A stretch of DNA of 64,000 nt from Candidatus Deferrimicrobiaceae bacterium (GCA_963792415.1 CAWBVY010000006.1:512001-576000), one strand, 5' to 3'. Positions 41,325 to 52,472 are shown, numbered from the stretch's first letter. The notes: a model not told the origin generated them from the sequence alone. Numbers and translations are program-made.

Positions 41325-42683
41325 TCAGGGAGGAAGGATCCCGAACTTCCTCAACCGGTAGATGTACGCCTTGTAGCTCATCCGGAGCAGTTCGGCCCCC
41401 CGGGTGTGAACCCCCCCGGAACGCCCCACCGCCTGCCGCAGCAGGTGCTCCTCGACCTTCTCGAACTCCACCCCCTGGGGAGGAAGGTCGAACGCCCTCG
41501 CGGGGACGGCATCCGCACCCTCCCGCAGTTCCAGCGGCAACTCCCCGGGCCCGATCTTCCCGCCTTCCGCGAGGACGACCGCCCGTTCGACGACGGAGGA
41601 GAGTTCACGGACGTTCCCGGGCCACGGGTACCGCATCAGGAGCCGCATCGCCTCCTTCGTGATCTCGCGCACGGGGGGGACGCCCTTCTCGCCGTGCTTC
41701 GCGAGGAAGTGCTCCGCAAGAAGGGGGATGTCGGAGATCCGGTCCCGCAGGGGCGGGAGGGTGAGCTTCACGATGTTCAACCGGTAGAAGAGGTCCGCCC
41801 GGAACTTCCCCTCCCGCACCGCTTCGTCGAGATCCCGGTTCGTCGCGGCAACGATCCGGACGTCGACGGGGATGTTCTCCTTCCCGCCGATCCGGCGGAC
41901 CTCCTTTTCCTGCAGGGCGCGCAGCAATTTCGCCTGCGTCTCCAGCTTGACCTCCGCGATCTCGTCGAGGAAGATCGTCCCCCCTCCGGCCGCCTCGAAA
42001 AGACCGATCTCCCTGCGCACCGCGCCGGTAAACGCACCCCGCTCGTGGCCGAACAGTTCGCTCTCGAACAGGGTGTCCGGAAGGGAAGCGCAGTTGACCG
42101 CGAGGAACGGGGCGGCGCTGCGGCCGCTCATGGAATGGACGTTGCGGGCGATCACCTCCTTCCCGGTGCCGCTCTCGCCCGTGAGGAGGATGGTGCTCTC
42201 GCTTCTGGCGACGCGGGGCAGGATTCGCTTGATCTCGCGGATCGCGGCGTGCTCGCCCAGGATCGGGACGGATCCGGGGAAGAGCTTCTCCGACAGCATC
42301 CGATGGGACTCGCGCAGGTGCAGGTTCTCGATGGCCCGTTCGACGATGATCAGAAGGCGGGCCCGGTCGACCGGCTTTTCGAAGAAGTAGTACGCCCCCT
42401 TCTTGATCGCGTCGACCGCCGCTTGGATCGTGCCGTAGGCGCTGCTGAGCAGGATGGGCATCCCGGGGCTGCGGGCGAGGACCGAGTCGATCAGTTCCTC
42501 CCCCGTCATCCCCGGCATGACAAGGTCGGTGATCACAAGGTCGACCGCCTCCCGCTCGAGGATCCGCAGCGCCTCCGCCCCCCCGGAGGCCAGCAGCGGG
42601 TTGTACCCCGCGCTCTTGAGGATCGCGCCGAGAATCTCCCGCTGGTTGCGTTCGTCGTCGACGACGAGGACGGTTCCTTTCAT
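41325..42683 (-). CDS. Sigma54-dependent response regulator (NtrC family)
   Basis: Receiver domain, GESGTGKE, GAFTGA, WPGNVREL, HTH. Confidence 0.95.
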   Translation of the reverse strand: MKGTVLVVDDERNQREILGAILKSAGYNPLLASGGAEALRILEREAVDLVITDLVMPGMTGEELIDSVLARSPGMPILLSSAYGTIQAAVDAIKKGAYYFFEKPVDRARLLIIVERAIENLHLRESHRMLSEKLFPGSVPILGEHAAIREIKRILPRVARSESTILLTGESGTGKEVIARNVHSMSGRSAAPFLAVNCASLPDTLFESELFGHERGAFTGAVRREIGLFEAAGGGTIFLDEIAEVKLETQAKLLRALQEKEVRRIGGKENIPVDVRIVAATNRDLDEAVREGKFRADLFYRLNIVKLTLPPLRDRISDIPLLAEHFLAKHGEKGVPPVREITKEAMRLLMRYPWPGNVRELSSVVERAVVLAEGGKIGPGELPLELREGADAVPARAFDLPPQGVEFEKVEEHLLRQAVGRSGGVHTRGAELLRMSYKAYIYRLRKFGILPP

Positions 42684-44140
42684 CCCTGCGCCCCCTCCGC
42701 GGAGGGTCCCACCGGAAGCGCAACCTCGATCCGCGTCCCCTTGCCGGGTGTGGAATCCACGAAGATCTCCCCCTTGTGGGCGTCGACGATCTTCTTCGTG
42801 AGGACAAGCCCGAGTCCCAGCCCGGACGCCTTGGTGGTGAAGTACGGCTCGAAGATCTTTTCCCGTTCTTCCGCCGGGATGCCCATGCCCGTGTCCTCCA
42901 CGACCACGGAGTATCTCCCGTCGGTTCGGGGTCCCGCGGAAACGGAGAGCGTTCCGCCGTCCGGCATCGCGTCGACGGCGTTCCCCACCAGGTTCACCAG
43001 CGCCCTCCGCAGCATGTCGGGATCGGCGTGGATCTCCCGGGTATCGATGAACTCCGTGCGGCAGGAGATCGATTGCGCGCGCAGACGCTCCTCCGCCATC
43101 CGCAGCACCCCGGCCGCGAGCTCGGGGATCCGCACGGCGGCGCGGTGCAGCTCTGGGGGGCGCCCGTAGAGGATGAAATTGGTCACCAGCTCGTTCAGCC
43201 GCCCGATCTCCTCCTTGATCCGGTCGATCACCTGGCGCTTCTCCGCTTCCTCCTCGGCCCCCTTCCCCTCCATCATCGCGCCGAGGTGGTCCACCGCGAG
43301 CCCGATGAAGTTGAGCGGGTTGCGGATTTCGTGGGCCATCCCCGAGGAGAGCTTCCCGAGGTGCGTCAGGTACTGGTTCTCCCGGACCGCCTCCTCGAGC
43401 GCCCGGTTCTGCCGGAGCCGGACGATCATCTCGTTGAAGGATCGGGTGAGCCGTCCCACCTCGTCCTTCCCCTCCACGGGAAGCTCTTGCGAAAGGTCCC
43501 CGGCCGCCACGGTCTCGGCGGCGTGCGCCAGCCGCTCCACCGGGGAGACGTAATGGGCGGCGATGATGACCGAGAGGACAAGCCCCCCGAAAAAGATGAG
43601 AATCGTGCTGAAAAGACGCAGGTAAAGGTTCTTCCGGATCGGCTCGCCGAAGTCGTCGATCTGCATCCGGATGTGAATATAGCCGAGCGTATCCCCCCCC
43701 ACCTTGACCGGCACCACGAGATCCCTGGCCTGAAGCTTCTCTCCGGCCTCGTCGCCGAACGTGGCGTTGATCACCAGCTGCTTTGGCGGACGCTTGATCT
43801 TCGCCGGCCGGCCGATCGCCTTGGGGTTGGTGCTGTCGATGACGCCCATGTCCTCGTCGACGATCGACACCTCGCGGATCCCCGTTCTCTTCAGCGACTC
43901 CACGTAATGGTACAGGCGATCCTGATCGGAGGCCTCCGTCGTCGTCAACTGGTCGACGCTGACGCTGATCGCGTTGGAGAGTTCGAGGAAGCTCTTCTCG
44001 AGGTCTCTCTTCAGCGAGTCCCGCCCGAAAAGGTACGGGATGTACACCGACCCGATGGAGCAGGCGAAGAGGATCAGCATGACCATTGTGAGCTTGAACT
44101 GCAGCCCGCGATCGCGCCACGGAATGCCTTGAAACTTCAT
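42680..44140 (-). CDS. HAMP-domain sensor histidine kinase
   Basis: Two TM segments, HAMP, AHEIRNPL, NAVDA, DTGMG, GLGLG. Confidence 0.95.
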   Translation of the reverse strand: MKFQGIPWRDRGLQFKLTMVMLILFACSIGSVYIPYLFGRDSLKRDLEKSFLELSNAISVSVDQLTTTEASDQDRLYHYVESLKRTGIREVSIVDEDMGVIDSTNPKAIGRPAKIKRPPKQLVINATFGDEAGEKLQARDLVVPVKVGGDTLGYIHIRMQIDDFGEPIRKNLYLRLFSTILIFFGGLVLSVIIAAHYVSPVERLAHAAETVAAGDLSQELPVEGKDEVGRLTRSFNEMIVRLRQNRALEEAVRENQYLTHLGKLSSGMAHEIRNPLNFIGLAVDHLGAMMEGKGAEEEAEKRQVIDRIKEEIGRLNELVTNFILYGRPPELHRAAVRIPELAAGVLRMAEERLRAQSISCRTEFIDTREIHADPDMLRRALVNLVGNAVDAMPDGGTLSVSAGPRTDGRYSVVVEDTGMGIPAEEREKIFEPYFTTKASGLGLGLVLTKKIVDAHKGEIFVDSTPGKGTRIEVALPVGPSAEGAQG

Positions 44141-44188
44141 GGCTCCTCCAATACTCCCTGCCGGTGTTTCAGCCCCCGTGCGCCGGGA

Positions 44189-44397
44189 CCCGTGCCCCCC
44201 GTTTTTCCTGCTGCGGGGGTACCCCAGCGGCGCGAAGCTCGTGATGCCCCCTTGGCCTACCGTCCTTGGGGGTACCCAACCTGCGCGAAGCTCGAGGTGG
44301 GGTGGGGTGCGGCGGCGGCCAGGGGGATCGTCCCCGCTGCGCCCCGTGCCCCCCGTCTTTCCTTCTGCAGGGGTACCCCGGCGGCGCGAAGCTCGTG
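44189..44397. repeat. REP-like palindromic repeat cluster: 55-bp copies at 44189-44243 and 44343-44397, plus a partial copy at 44268-44294
   Basis: The two full copies differ at 4 positions; core GGGGTACCCC..GCGCGAAGCTCG. Confidence 0.8.
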
Positions 44398-44994
44398 TCG
44401 GGGCGACGCCCGCGCGACTTCCGACGCGATCCGGGCCACGCGCGTTTCCTGCGCCTTGACGGACGGCGCCGCGTATCTCTCCGTGCCCATTCCCGCCGCC
44501 GTTGCCACCGTTACATCCACGGACCCGTCGGACGCCGCAACCGCCACGACCTCGCGGACTTCCTTCCCCGCCGCCGTCTCGACCGCCGTGACCCTGCCGG
44601 CCCCGTCGTCGCGGACCCGGAGGGTGGAGACGAGCTTCTCCCCTTCGTACCGCTCGATCACCGCCACCGTCGAGGAACCGTCGCGGGAGAGGGTGAGGAC
44701 CGTTCGCGCGGACCCCTGCGCGTACACCTTGGTCACCTTTGCTTCGGCGGCGGGGTTCTCGCCCGTCCAGAACTCGATCACGTTGAAGACAAGGAAGTCC
44801 AGGAGTCCTGTCAGGGCGTACGGGATGACGAAGATCCATGTCGCCGCGCTGCGGACGTACTTCTCGTCGATCGACTGGTTGACGTCGTACAGTTTTCGCG
44901 TCAACTGGAACTTGCCGAAGCACCCCGCGGAGAGCGTCCCCACCGCCGCCGCCAGCATCAGCGCGATCCCCTTCGCGAACCGGCTCCCCCGCAT
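44257..44994 (-). CDS. DUF3332-like lipoprotein
   Basis: LSAGC lipobox, CFGKFQLT, DFLVFNVIEFWTGENP. Confidence 0.8.
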   Translation of the reverse strand: MRGSRFAKGIALMLAAAVGTLSAGCFGKFQLTRKLYDVNQSIDEKYVRSAATWIFVIPYALTGLLDFLVFNVIEFWTGENPAAEAKVTKVYAQGSARTVLTLSRDGSSTVAVIERYEGEKLVSTLRVRDDGAGRVTAVETAAGKEVREVVAVAASDGSVDVTVATAAGMGTERYAAPSVKAQETRVARIASEVARASPRHELRAAGVPLQKERRGARGAAGTIPLAAAAPHPTSSFAQVGYPQGR

Positions 44995-45259
44995 GGCCGT
45001 ACCCCCTTCCCGGTGAATTACGGAATGACCCATTCTAACAGCCACACACCCCATCAACCACATGATCGACGCCCGCAACGGATGGGATTTCCCGGCGGGA
45101 GGCACGGCAGGGGGTTCCCTCCTGTTCTTCCGGCGAGAAATCCATCCGTGTCGTCCCACCCCGGTTGGAGGAGTGTCCCTCGCCAGCCCCGTCGGGGAAG
45201 CCCACCACCCGCAATCCCCGGTGTGGTGTAAGATGCCCGGATGGGAGGAGGGAGGAACG

Positions 45260-45988
45260 TTGCGTAAACGCAGGAGGTGGGACGTACTCAAGCTCGCCGC
45301 GTTCCTGCTCTTTGCCGCCGCCGTCACATACGCCATGCTCTTCACCCCCACCGGCGCGCTCTTCCGGACCGCGGAAGGGCGGAGCGCCCTGGTCAAAGGC
45401 CTGGATACGCTGGTCCAGTCGGCGGGCCCGCTGGGGCCCGTCGTCTTCGTCCTGATCTACACCATCGGGGTTCTCTTCCTCCCCGCCACCCCGTTCACCA
45501 TCGCGGGGGCGGTCATCTTCGGGAAGTTCCACGGGATGCTGTACAACCTCGCGGCCGACACGCTCGGGGCATCGATCTCCTTCTACCTCGGAAGGTACTT
45601 CCTTCACGGGGTCGCCCGCGGGTTCCTGGAGACCAGGATGCCATGGCTCGACCGGAAGGCGGCCGAGGAGGGATTCTCGGTGGTCTTCTACCTGCGGATC
45701 TTCTGGTTCCCTTTCATCGTCCTGAACTACGCCGCCGGGGCGACGCGGATCCGGTTCCGCGACTACCTCCTCGGGACGGCACTGGGCCTGCTCCCGCCCG
45801 TCTTCATCTTCACCTACTTCGTCGGGGCGATGAAGGAGGTCCTCGCCACGTACCGGAGACCGGCGGACCTGTTGACGCTCGACCTGCTCTTCCCCATCCT
45901 GCTCCTCGTCTTCTCCTTCTTCCTCCCGACCCTCCTGAAGCGCCTCCGCAAGGGCCGCGAGCTCCTGCCGCCGGGCGGGCAGCCATGA
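45260..45988 (+). CDS. TVP38/TMEM64 (DedA/VTT) family membrane protein
   Basis: LPATPFTIAGAVIFG, LRIFWFPFIVLNYAAG; GGAGG RBS before TTG. Confidence 0.88.
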   Translation: MRKRRRWDVLKLAAFLLFAAAVTYAMLFTPTGALFRTAEGRSALVKGLDTLVQSAGPLGPVVFVLIYTIGVLFLPATPFTIAGAVIFGKFHGMLYNLAADTLGASISFYLGRYFLHGVARGFLETRMPWLDRKAAEEGFSVVFYLRIFWFPFIVLNYAAGATRIRFRDYLLGTALGLLPPVFIFTYFVGAMKEVLATYRRPADLLTLDLLFPILLLVFSFFLPTLLKRLRKGRELLPPGGQP

Positions 45989-46725
45989 TGCCCGCCGGCG
46001 TCTCCATCATCATCCCCGTGCTCGACGAGGAGGAGACGGTCGCCCGCGCGATCCGGTCGTGCCGGGAGGCGGGGCCGTGCGAGGTGGTCGTCGTCGACGG
46101 CGGAAGCCGGGACCGGACGGTGGAGATCGCCCGGGGTGAGGCGGATACCGTGATCGCCGCTTCGCGGGGGAGGGCGGCGCAGATGAACGCCGGCGCGGCC
46201 GTCGCCCGCGGGGAGGTCCTCCTCTTTCTGCACGCGGACACTTTCCTGCCCGTGGGGTCCGTTCCCTCCGTGGTCGCCGCGCTGCAAGACCCGGCGGTGA
46301 TCGGCGGCGCCTTCCGCGTCCGGCTGGCCGCGTCCCCCGGCGCGGGCCGGTACGTCCGTGCCACGCTCGGGATCACGGGGCGGATGATCGGGGTGCGGGC
46401 GGGCGCCACGCGGGCGTTCACGGGAGACCAGGCGATCTTCGTGCGGGCGGAGGCGTTCCGCTCCCTGGGCGGCTACCCGGAGGTCCCTCTGATGGAGGAC
46501 GTCGAGCTGTCGCGGCGCATGCGCCGGGGCGGAAAGACGGTCCTGCTGCCGCTGCGCGTGGAATCGTCGGGACGCCGCTGGGAGGCGTGGGGCCCCCTCC
46601 GGACCGTCCTGTTCATGTGGCGGATCCGGACCGGCTACCTCCTCGGGTGGACGCCGTCGCGATGCGCCGATGCGTACCGCCGCGGACCGGCGCTCACGCG
46701 TCGGGAACCGGCTCCTCCCACGTGA
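45985..46725 (+). CDS. TIGR04283-like glycosyltransferase family 2
   Basis: VVDGGSRD, GRAAQMNAGA, FLHAD, GDQAIF, PLMED, SSGRRW. Confidence 0.88.
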   Translation: MMPAGVSIIIPVLDEEETVARAIRSCREAGPCEVVVVDGGSRDRTVEIARGEADTVIAASRGRAAQMNAGAAVARGEVLLFLHADTFLPVGSVPSVVAALQDPAVIGGAFRVRLAASPGAGRYVRATLGITGRMIGVRAGATRAFTGDQAIFVRAEAFRSLGGYPEVPLMEDVELSRRMRRGGKTVLLPLRVESSGRRWEAWGPLRTVLFMWRIRTGYLLGWTPSRCADAYRRGPALTRREPAPPT

Positions 46726-49258
46726 TCGACAGCGGGGTGAACGGGTTCGCAAGATCCGGGTGCCGGGGAAGAACCCGCGCCGAGAAGCCGTACCGGCCGC
46801 TCGCGGCGCACGGTATCTCGACGCGGTAGATCTCCTCGTCGCCGTCGCGCCCGTCGTGGTGCGCCGGCAGAATGGTCCCCATGCGCACCTCTCCGGCGGC
46901 ATCGTAGAAGCCGCAACGGATCTCGACCGCCACCTCGGCGGGATCGAGGCTCCCCAGCCGGACGCGGAGGGATATTCCCACCGTGTCCCCCACGCGCATC
47001 CCCTTGTGCTTCCGGGTCTCCTCCACCCGGATGGAGACCCCCGGCCACGCCGCCGCGGTGCGCTGCCGCCACGCGGCCAACTCCCGTGCGACGGAATGAT
47101 CGTTCGCGGACAGCCGCTCCCCCGCGCGATGGGCGGGCAGGTACGAAGTCTCCGTATACTCCTTGAGCATCCGGTGGGTGTTGAAGTACGCGCCCAGCTT
47201 CCGGATCGACGCCTTCATCATCGCGATCCAGGCCCTCGGCAGTCCTCCACGGTCCCGATCGTGGAACAGGGGGACGATCTCGTTCTCCAGGAGGCTGTAG
47301 AGGGCCTCGCACTCGACCCGGTCCTGCTCCTCCGGGTCGTCGTACATCTCCCCGCTCCCGATCGCCCACCCGAGGTCGGGGGAGTACCCCTCGTCCCACC
47401 AACCGTCGAGGATCGACACGTTCAGCGCGCCGTTGGCCGCCGCCTTCATCCCGCTCGTCCCCGACGCCTCCAGCGGGCGCCGCGGGTTGTTCAGCCACAC
47501 GTCGACCCCCTGCACCATGTACCGCGCGACGTTGATGTCGTAATCCTCCAGGAAGACCAGCCGGTCGCGGACCCTCGGGTCCGAGGCGAAGTGGATGACC
47601 GACCGGATGATCTCCTTCGCCGGGAGGTCCTGGGGGTGCGCCTTCCCGGCGAAGAGGATCTGAACGGGCCGGGCCGGGTCCGTCAGGAGCCGGACCAGCC
47701 GATCGGGCTGCCGGAAGAGCAGGTTCGCCCGCTTGTACGTGGCGAAGCGCCGCGAGAAGCCGATCGTCAGCGCATCGGGGTTCAACGCCTCCTCCGCCGC
47801 CCGCTGGAGCGCCATCCCGGCACCCTGGCGGCGCAGCTGGTTCCTCAGCCGCTTGCGGGCGAAGAAGACGAGCCGCTCCCTGCGGGACTGGTGGATCCGC
47901 CAGAGTTCGCTGGGGGGGATCGCCTCCGTGCGTTCCCAAACCGCGTGGTCCGCGGGCTTCTCGACGAACCGCGGCCCGAAGTACCGCGCGTACAGCTCCG
48001 CCATCTCGTGGCTGATCCAGGAATGCGTATGGATCCCGTTGGTGATCGCGCGGATCGGCACCTCGGCTTCGGGGAGCGCCGGCCACAGATCCTTCCACAT
48101 CGCGCGGGAGGTCTCGGCGTGGAGCTTCGCGACCCCGTTCGCGAACGCGGACGACCGGAGGGCGAACACCGTCATCCCGAACTCCTTCGACCGCGGACTG
48201 CCCGACTGGCCGAGGGCGAGGAACTCCTCCCACGCGATCCCGAGGGACCGGATCTTCGGATCGAGGTATTTCCGCAGCAGGTCCGGATCGAACCGTTCAT
48301 TCCCCGCGGGAACGGGGGTGTGGGTGGTGAAGACGCCGGTCGCGAGCACCACCTCCCGCGCCTGCGCGAAGGTGAGACCGTGCGACGCCATCAGATCGCG
48401 GATCCGCTCGACGATGAGGAACGCGGAGTGCCCCTCGTTCATGTGGTACACGGTCGGATGGATCCCGAGCGCCTTCAGCGCCCGCACTCCGCCGATGCCA
48501 AGCAGGATCTCCTGGCGGATGCGCATGTCCCGGTCCCCTCCGTAGAGGGTCGAGGTGATCTCCCGGGAGCGCCCGGAGTTCCCCTTGATGTTGCTGTCGA
48601 GAAGGTACAGGGGGGTGCGGCCGACGTCGACCCTCCAGACGCGCGCCTTGACCGTTTCGGGGCCGATTTCCACCGCGATCTCGAGGGGGCGCTCCTCCGC
48701 CGTCCTCTCCATCGTCACCGGCATGTTGTACCAGTCGTTGTCCGGGTACAGCTCCTTCTGCCAGCCGTCCAGCGACAGCACCTGGCGAAAATATCCCTTT
48801 TGGTACAGGAGCCCGACGCCGACGAGCGGGACATCGAGGTCGGAGGCCGATTTCAGGTGGTCGCCCGAGAGGACTCCGAGCCCCCCGGAATAGATCGGAA
48901 GCCCCTCGTCGATCCCGTACTCGCACGAGAAATACGCCACCCGGGCGCCGGCGTCCGCTCCGTGGACCTCCTGGAACCACGACACCCTTTTCCGGTACTC
49001 CTGGAACGAGCGGTGCACCCGCTCGACGTTCGCGACGAAGCTCTCGTCCTTCGCGGCGGCCTCGAGGTCCGCCTGCGGCAACGTCCCGAGCATCAGGACC
49101 GGATTCTGGTACGCCTGCTCCCAGAGAACGGGATTCAGCCGGATGAAGAGCTGCACCGCCTCCCAGTTCCAGGAAAACCAGAGGTTCCGGGCGATCTCCT
49201 CGAGCGGAACGAGTTCCTTCGGGATGTTCGGTCGGACGTGGAAATGACGGATTCGCAT
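46694..49258 (-). CDS. glgP: Alpha-glucan (glycogen) phosphorylase
   Basis: YSGGLGVLSGD, NEGH, RRFATYKR, EASGTSGMK. Confidence 0.96.
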   Translation of the reverse strand: MRIRHFHVRPNIPKELVPLEEIARNLWFSWNWEAVQLFIRLNPVLWEQAYQNPVLMLGTLPQADLEAAAKDESFVANVERVHRSFQEYRKRVSWFQEVHGADAGARVAYFSCEYGIDEGLPIYSGGLGVLSGDHLKSASDLDVPLVGVGLLYQKGYFRQVLSLDGWQKELYPDNDWYNMPVTMERTAEERPLEIAVEIGPETVKARVWRVDVGRTPLYLLDSNIKGNSGRSREITSTLYGGDRDMRIRQEILLGIGGVRALKALGIHPTVYHMNEGHSAFLIVERIRDLMASHGLTFAQAREVVLATGVFTTHTPVPAGNERFDPDLLRKYLDPKIRSLGIAWEEFLALGQSGSPRSKEFGMTVFALRSSAFANGVAKLHAETSRAMWKDLWPALPEAEVPIRAITNGIHTHSWISHEMAELYARYFGPRFVEKPADHAVWERTEAIPPSELWRIHQSRRERLVFFARKRLRNQLRRQGAGMALQRAAEEALNPDALTIGFSRRFATYKRANLLFRQPDRLVRLLTDPARPVQILFAGKAHPQDLPAKEIIRSVIHFASDPRVRDRLVFLEDYDINVARYMVQGVDVWLNNPRRPLEASGTSGMKAAANGALNVSILDGWWDEGYSPDLGWAIGSGEMYDDPEEQDRVECEALYSLLENEIVPLFHDRDRGGLPRAWIAMMKASIRKLGAYFNTHRMLKEYTETSYLPAHRAGERLSANDHSVARELAAWRQRTAAAWPGVSIRVEETRKHKGMRVGDTVGISLRVRLGSLDPAEVAVEIRCGFYDAAGEVRMGTILPAHHDGRDGDEEIYRVEIPCAASGRYGFSARVLPRHPDLANPFTPLSITWEEPVPDA

Positions 49259-49367
49259 GGGTACCTCGTCAAGGGAAGTCGTGTCCACCATGAAACATCA
49301 GGAGGCGGGCCAAGTCAATTCAGCAGGGGGTTAAAGATTCCCGGGGGGTTTGCCGAAACGATCCTTG

Positions 49368-50966
49368 ATGAGCGTTGATCAGCCCATATCCTTGTCCGAC
49401 GTCGGGGGGGGTGACCGCCCGGCGACATCCCGGATCCTCGCCACCCTCATCGAGGCGTCCCCTCTGGCGATCGTCACGTTCGACCCGGAAGGCATCGTCA
49501 CGATGTGGAACCCGGCGGCCGAGCGGATCTTCGGGTGGTCCGAGAACGAGGCCCTCGGGACGCGCCTGCCCTTCGTCCCGGCCGAGAAGCAGGCCGAGTT
49601 CCTCGAGCTTCGGCGACGCGCCCTCCTTGGGGAGGCGTTCACCGAGCCCGAACTGCACCGGAGGAGGGTCGACGGGTCCCCGATCGTCGTCAGCGTCTCC
49701 ACCGCCCCCCTCCGCCGGCCCGACGGGGCCATCTACGGGATCATGTCGATCCTGATGGACGTCACCGAGCAGAAGGCGGCCGAAGAGACACGAAACCGGC
49801 TGACGATGGTGGAGGAGCAGCTCCGCCAATCGCAGAAGATGGAGGCCGTGGGAAGGCTCGCCGGGGGCGTCGCGCACGACTTCAACAACCTGCTGACCGC
49901 CATCTCGGGCTACTCCGACCTTCTGCTCCACCGTCTCCCCGACTACTCGACGCTTCGCCGCGACGTGGAGGAGATCCGGAAGGCGGGAGACCGCGCCGCG
50001 GCGCTCACGCGCCAGCTGCTCGCCTTCAGCCGCCGCCAGATCCTGCAGCCGAAAGTTCTGGACCTGAACGCCATGGTGACGAAGATGGGACGGATGCTGC
50101 GCCGCCTGATCGGCGAGGGCATCGAACTGTCGATCGACCTGACCGCTTCCCTTTCTCGGGTGAAGGCCGACCCGGGGCAGATCGAGCAGGTGATCGTGAA
50201 CCTGACGGCCAACGCCCGGGACGCGATGCCCGACGGGGGCCGCATCACCATCGCGACCGCCGACGCGGATCTGTCCTCCTCCTACGCGGCCGCCCACCCT
50301 GGTGTGGTTCCTGGACCGCACGTCCTCCTCTCCGTGGCGGATACGGGACGCGGGATGAACGACGAGACCCAGGCGCACCTGTTCGAACCGTTTTTCACCA
50401 CGAAGGAGAGGGGAAAGGGGACCGGCCTTGGCCTGGCCACGGTCTACGGCATCGTGCAGCAGAGTGGCGGGCACATCCGGGTGAACAGCGCTGCCGAACA
50501 CGGGTCGATGTTCCTCATTTACCTGCCGCGGGTCGAGGATCCCGAAGATGGCGTCGAGGGGGCGGATCTCCCGCTCCTCCCCCACCCTTCCCCGGGGACC
50601 GAGACGGTCCTCCTGGCCGAGGACGAGGAGGTTGTGCGGCGGATCGCGCGGAAGATCCTGGCGGGGAACGGCTACAAGGTGCTCGAGGCGGGGAGCGGCC
50701 GCGAGGCGTTGCTGCTCTCCGAAGCCAACCGGGGGGAGATCCATCTGCTGTTGACCGACGTGGAGATGCCGAAGATGAGCGGGAGGGAGCTCGGCGAGCG
50801 GATCCGGCTCCAGCGTCCGGACCTGCGGATCCTGTACATGTCGGGATACACCGACGACGCCATCCTCCGCCACGGCGTCCCGGAGGACGGGTTCCCCTAT
50901 CTGCAGAAGCCGTTCACCGCGGAAGAGCTCGCCCGGAAGGTGCGCGAGGTGCTCGACAGCGCTTGA
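49368..50966 (+). CDS. PAS-domain hybrid histidine kinase/response regulator
   Basis: [18 protein letters not shown]-terminal receiver domain. Confidence 0.93.
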   Translation: MSVDQPISLSDVGGGDRPATSRILATLIEASPLAIVTFDPEGIVTMWNPAAERIFGWSENEALGTRLPFVPAEKQAEFLELRRRALLGEAFTEPELHRRRVDGSPIVVSVSTAPLRRPDGAIYGIMSILMDVTEQKAAEETRNRLTMVEEQLRQSQKMEAVGRLAGGVAHDFNNLLTAISGYSDLLLHRLPDYSTLRRDVEEIRKAGDRAAALTRQLLAFSRRQILQPKVLDLNAMVTKMGRMLRRLIGEGIELSIDLTASLSRVKADPGQIEQVIVNLTANARDAMPDGGRITIATADADLSSSYAAAHPGVVPGPHVLLSVADTGRGMNDETQAHLFEPFFTTKERGKGTGLGLATVYGIVQQSGGHIRVNSAAEHGSMFLIYLPRVEDPEDGVEGADLPLLPHPSPGTETVLLAEDEEVVRRIARKILAGNGYKVLEAGSGREALLLSEANRGEIHLLLTDVEMPKMSGRELGERIRLQRPDLRILYMSGYTDDAILRHGVPEDGFPYLQKPFTAEELARKVREVLDSA

Positions 50967-50994
50967 CCTTCCCCGTGATGCGGGAAACGGGTTT

Positions 50995-51447
50995 TCACCG
51001 ATGGAACGATGGCGACGGTGCCTCCGAAGAGATGCACATCGGTGCAAACCTGTCCGGCGGGACGACGGTGTTCGAACCCTCCCTCGTCAGGCCAAGCAGG
51101 ACCACCGCGAGGACGAACAGGGTCACCGCGACATAGGTCCCGTCCCTTTGCAGGGCGAAGGCGGCCACGGAGAAGGCAACCCGCGCCAACGGGGTTGCGA
51201 TCAGCAACAGCAGCCCGAACTGGATCAACCCCAGGGGGTTCAGGGAAACCGCTTCCCTCACGATCCCGGTCACCACCCGCAGTTCCGGCGGTTCCCCGCG
51301 GAACACCTTGTAGTCGGGAATCGTGGACCCGCAGCTGCCCAAGTACATGGCGCCCCCCGCCAGGACCATCGCGGCGGCCAATATGACTCCCCACCGCAGG
51401 AACGTCCCGATCACCCACTGGATCCGATCATCGCTCCATGCGCGCAT
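50995..51447 (-). CDS. DUF1634 family membrane protein
   Basis: LRWGV, IQFGLLLLIATPLARV; adjacent to TauE/SafE. Confidence 0.85.
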   Translation of the reverse strand: MRAWSDDRIQWVIGTFLRWGVILAAAMVLAGGAMYLGSCGSTIPDYKVFRGEPPELRVVTGIVREAVSLNPLGLIQFGLLLLIATPLARVAFSVAAFALQRDGTYVAVTLFVLAVVLLGLTREGSNTVVPPDRFAPMCISSEAPSPSFHR

Positions 51448-51460
51448 CCGCGATTCCCCC

Positions 51461-52297
51461 CTAAATCCTTCCCGTCAGCCCGTTGTAGATGAGTTCCGCT
51501 CCGAGCGCCAGGACGACCAGGCTGAAAACGACGCGCAGGATCCGGGTATCCGTGCCGGCCAGTATCCTGGCGCCGCCCATGGATCCCGCGAGGACCCCCA
51601 GCATGACCGGCATGGCAAGGACCGGGTCGATGTATCCGCGGCTCAGGTAGACTCCGGCGCTTGCGGCCGCCGTCACGCCGATCATGAAGGTGCTGGTGGT
51701 GGTCGAAACCTTGAACGGGATGCGCATGACCTGGTCCATCGCGAGCACCTTGACGGCCCCCGACCCGATTCCGAGGAGGCCGGAGAGCGTTCCGGCGACG
51801 AACATCAGGCTGAAACCGCCCGGGACATTGCACACGCGGTAGGATTGCGGTCCATTCACCGTCGGATAGTTCGAATCCATTTTCAGGAAGGATGCCACCC
51901 GATCCGGGGCGGCGGTTTCCGGCCGTTCCGGCCGCGGGCGGTTCGACTGGTACGCCGAGTACAGGAGAACGACCCCGAAGACGACCGCGATCGCGGAAGG
52001 CGCAATCTTGGCCGCCAGGAACGCCCCGACCATGGCCCCGACGGTCGTCGCGATCTCCAGGAACATCCCGATCCGGAAGTTCGTGTATCCTTCCTTCACG
52101 TAGACCGCGGCGGCCCCGGAAGAGGTGGCGATGACCGAGATGAGGGACGCGCCGATCGCATACCGGATGTCGACCCCGAACCACAAGGCCAGGAGCGGCA
52201 CGATGACGATGCCGCCCCCCAACCCCGTCAGGGAACCGAGAAATCCCGCTGCCACGCCCCCCAGCCAAACCAGTAGGGAGAATTCCAGGGAATTCAT
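51461..52297 (-). CDS. TauE/SafE sulfite exporter family protein
   Basis: GSLTGLGGG, SGLLGIGSG, STTTSTFMIG. Confidence 0.9.
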   Translation of the reverse strand: MNSLEFSLLVWLGGVAAGFLGSLTGLGGGIVIVPLLALWFGVDIRYAIGASLISVIATSSGAAAVYVKEGYTNFRIGMFLEIATTVGAMVGAFLAAKIAPSAIAVVFGVVLLYSAYQSNRPRPERPETAAPDRVASFLKMDSNYPTVNGPQSYRVCNVPGGFSLMFVAGTLSGLLGIGSGAVKVLAMDQVMRIPFKVSTTTSTFMIGVTAAASAGVYLSRGYIDPVLAMPVMLGVLAGSMGGARILAGTDTRILRVVFSLVVLALGAELIYNGLTGRI

Positions 52298-52472
52298 GAA
52301 CCACCTCGCAATCCTTCATCCATCTCTCTTTGAAACATCTCGCCCTCGGGGGGATTCCCTGGAAGATGCGATTTTCCCACGAAGGCGGGAACCTTCTCCG
52401 GAGGGGAACGATCGGAACGGGGGAATTCGAAGGGTGGGCGGGATGGTTTCCGGGAACGCTCGATGCCGTTAA

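Noticed and set aside
44189-44397. The repeat cluster as a CRISPR array
   Set aside because: Only two full copies and one partial copy, irregular spacing, 55-bp length and no cas genes
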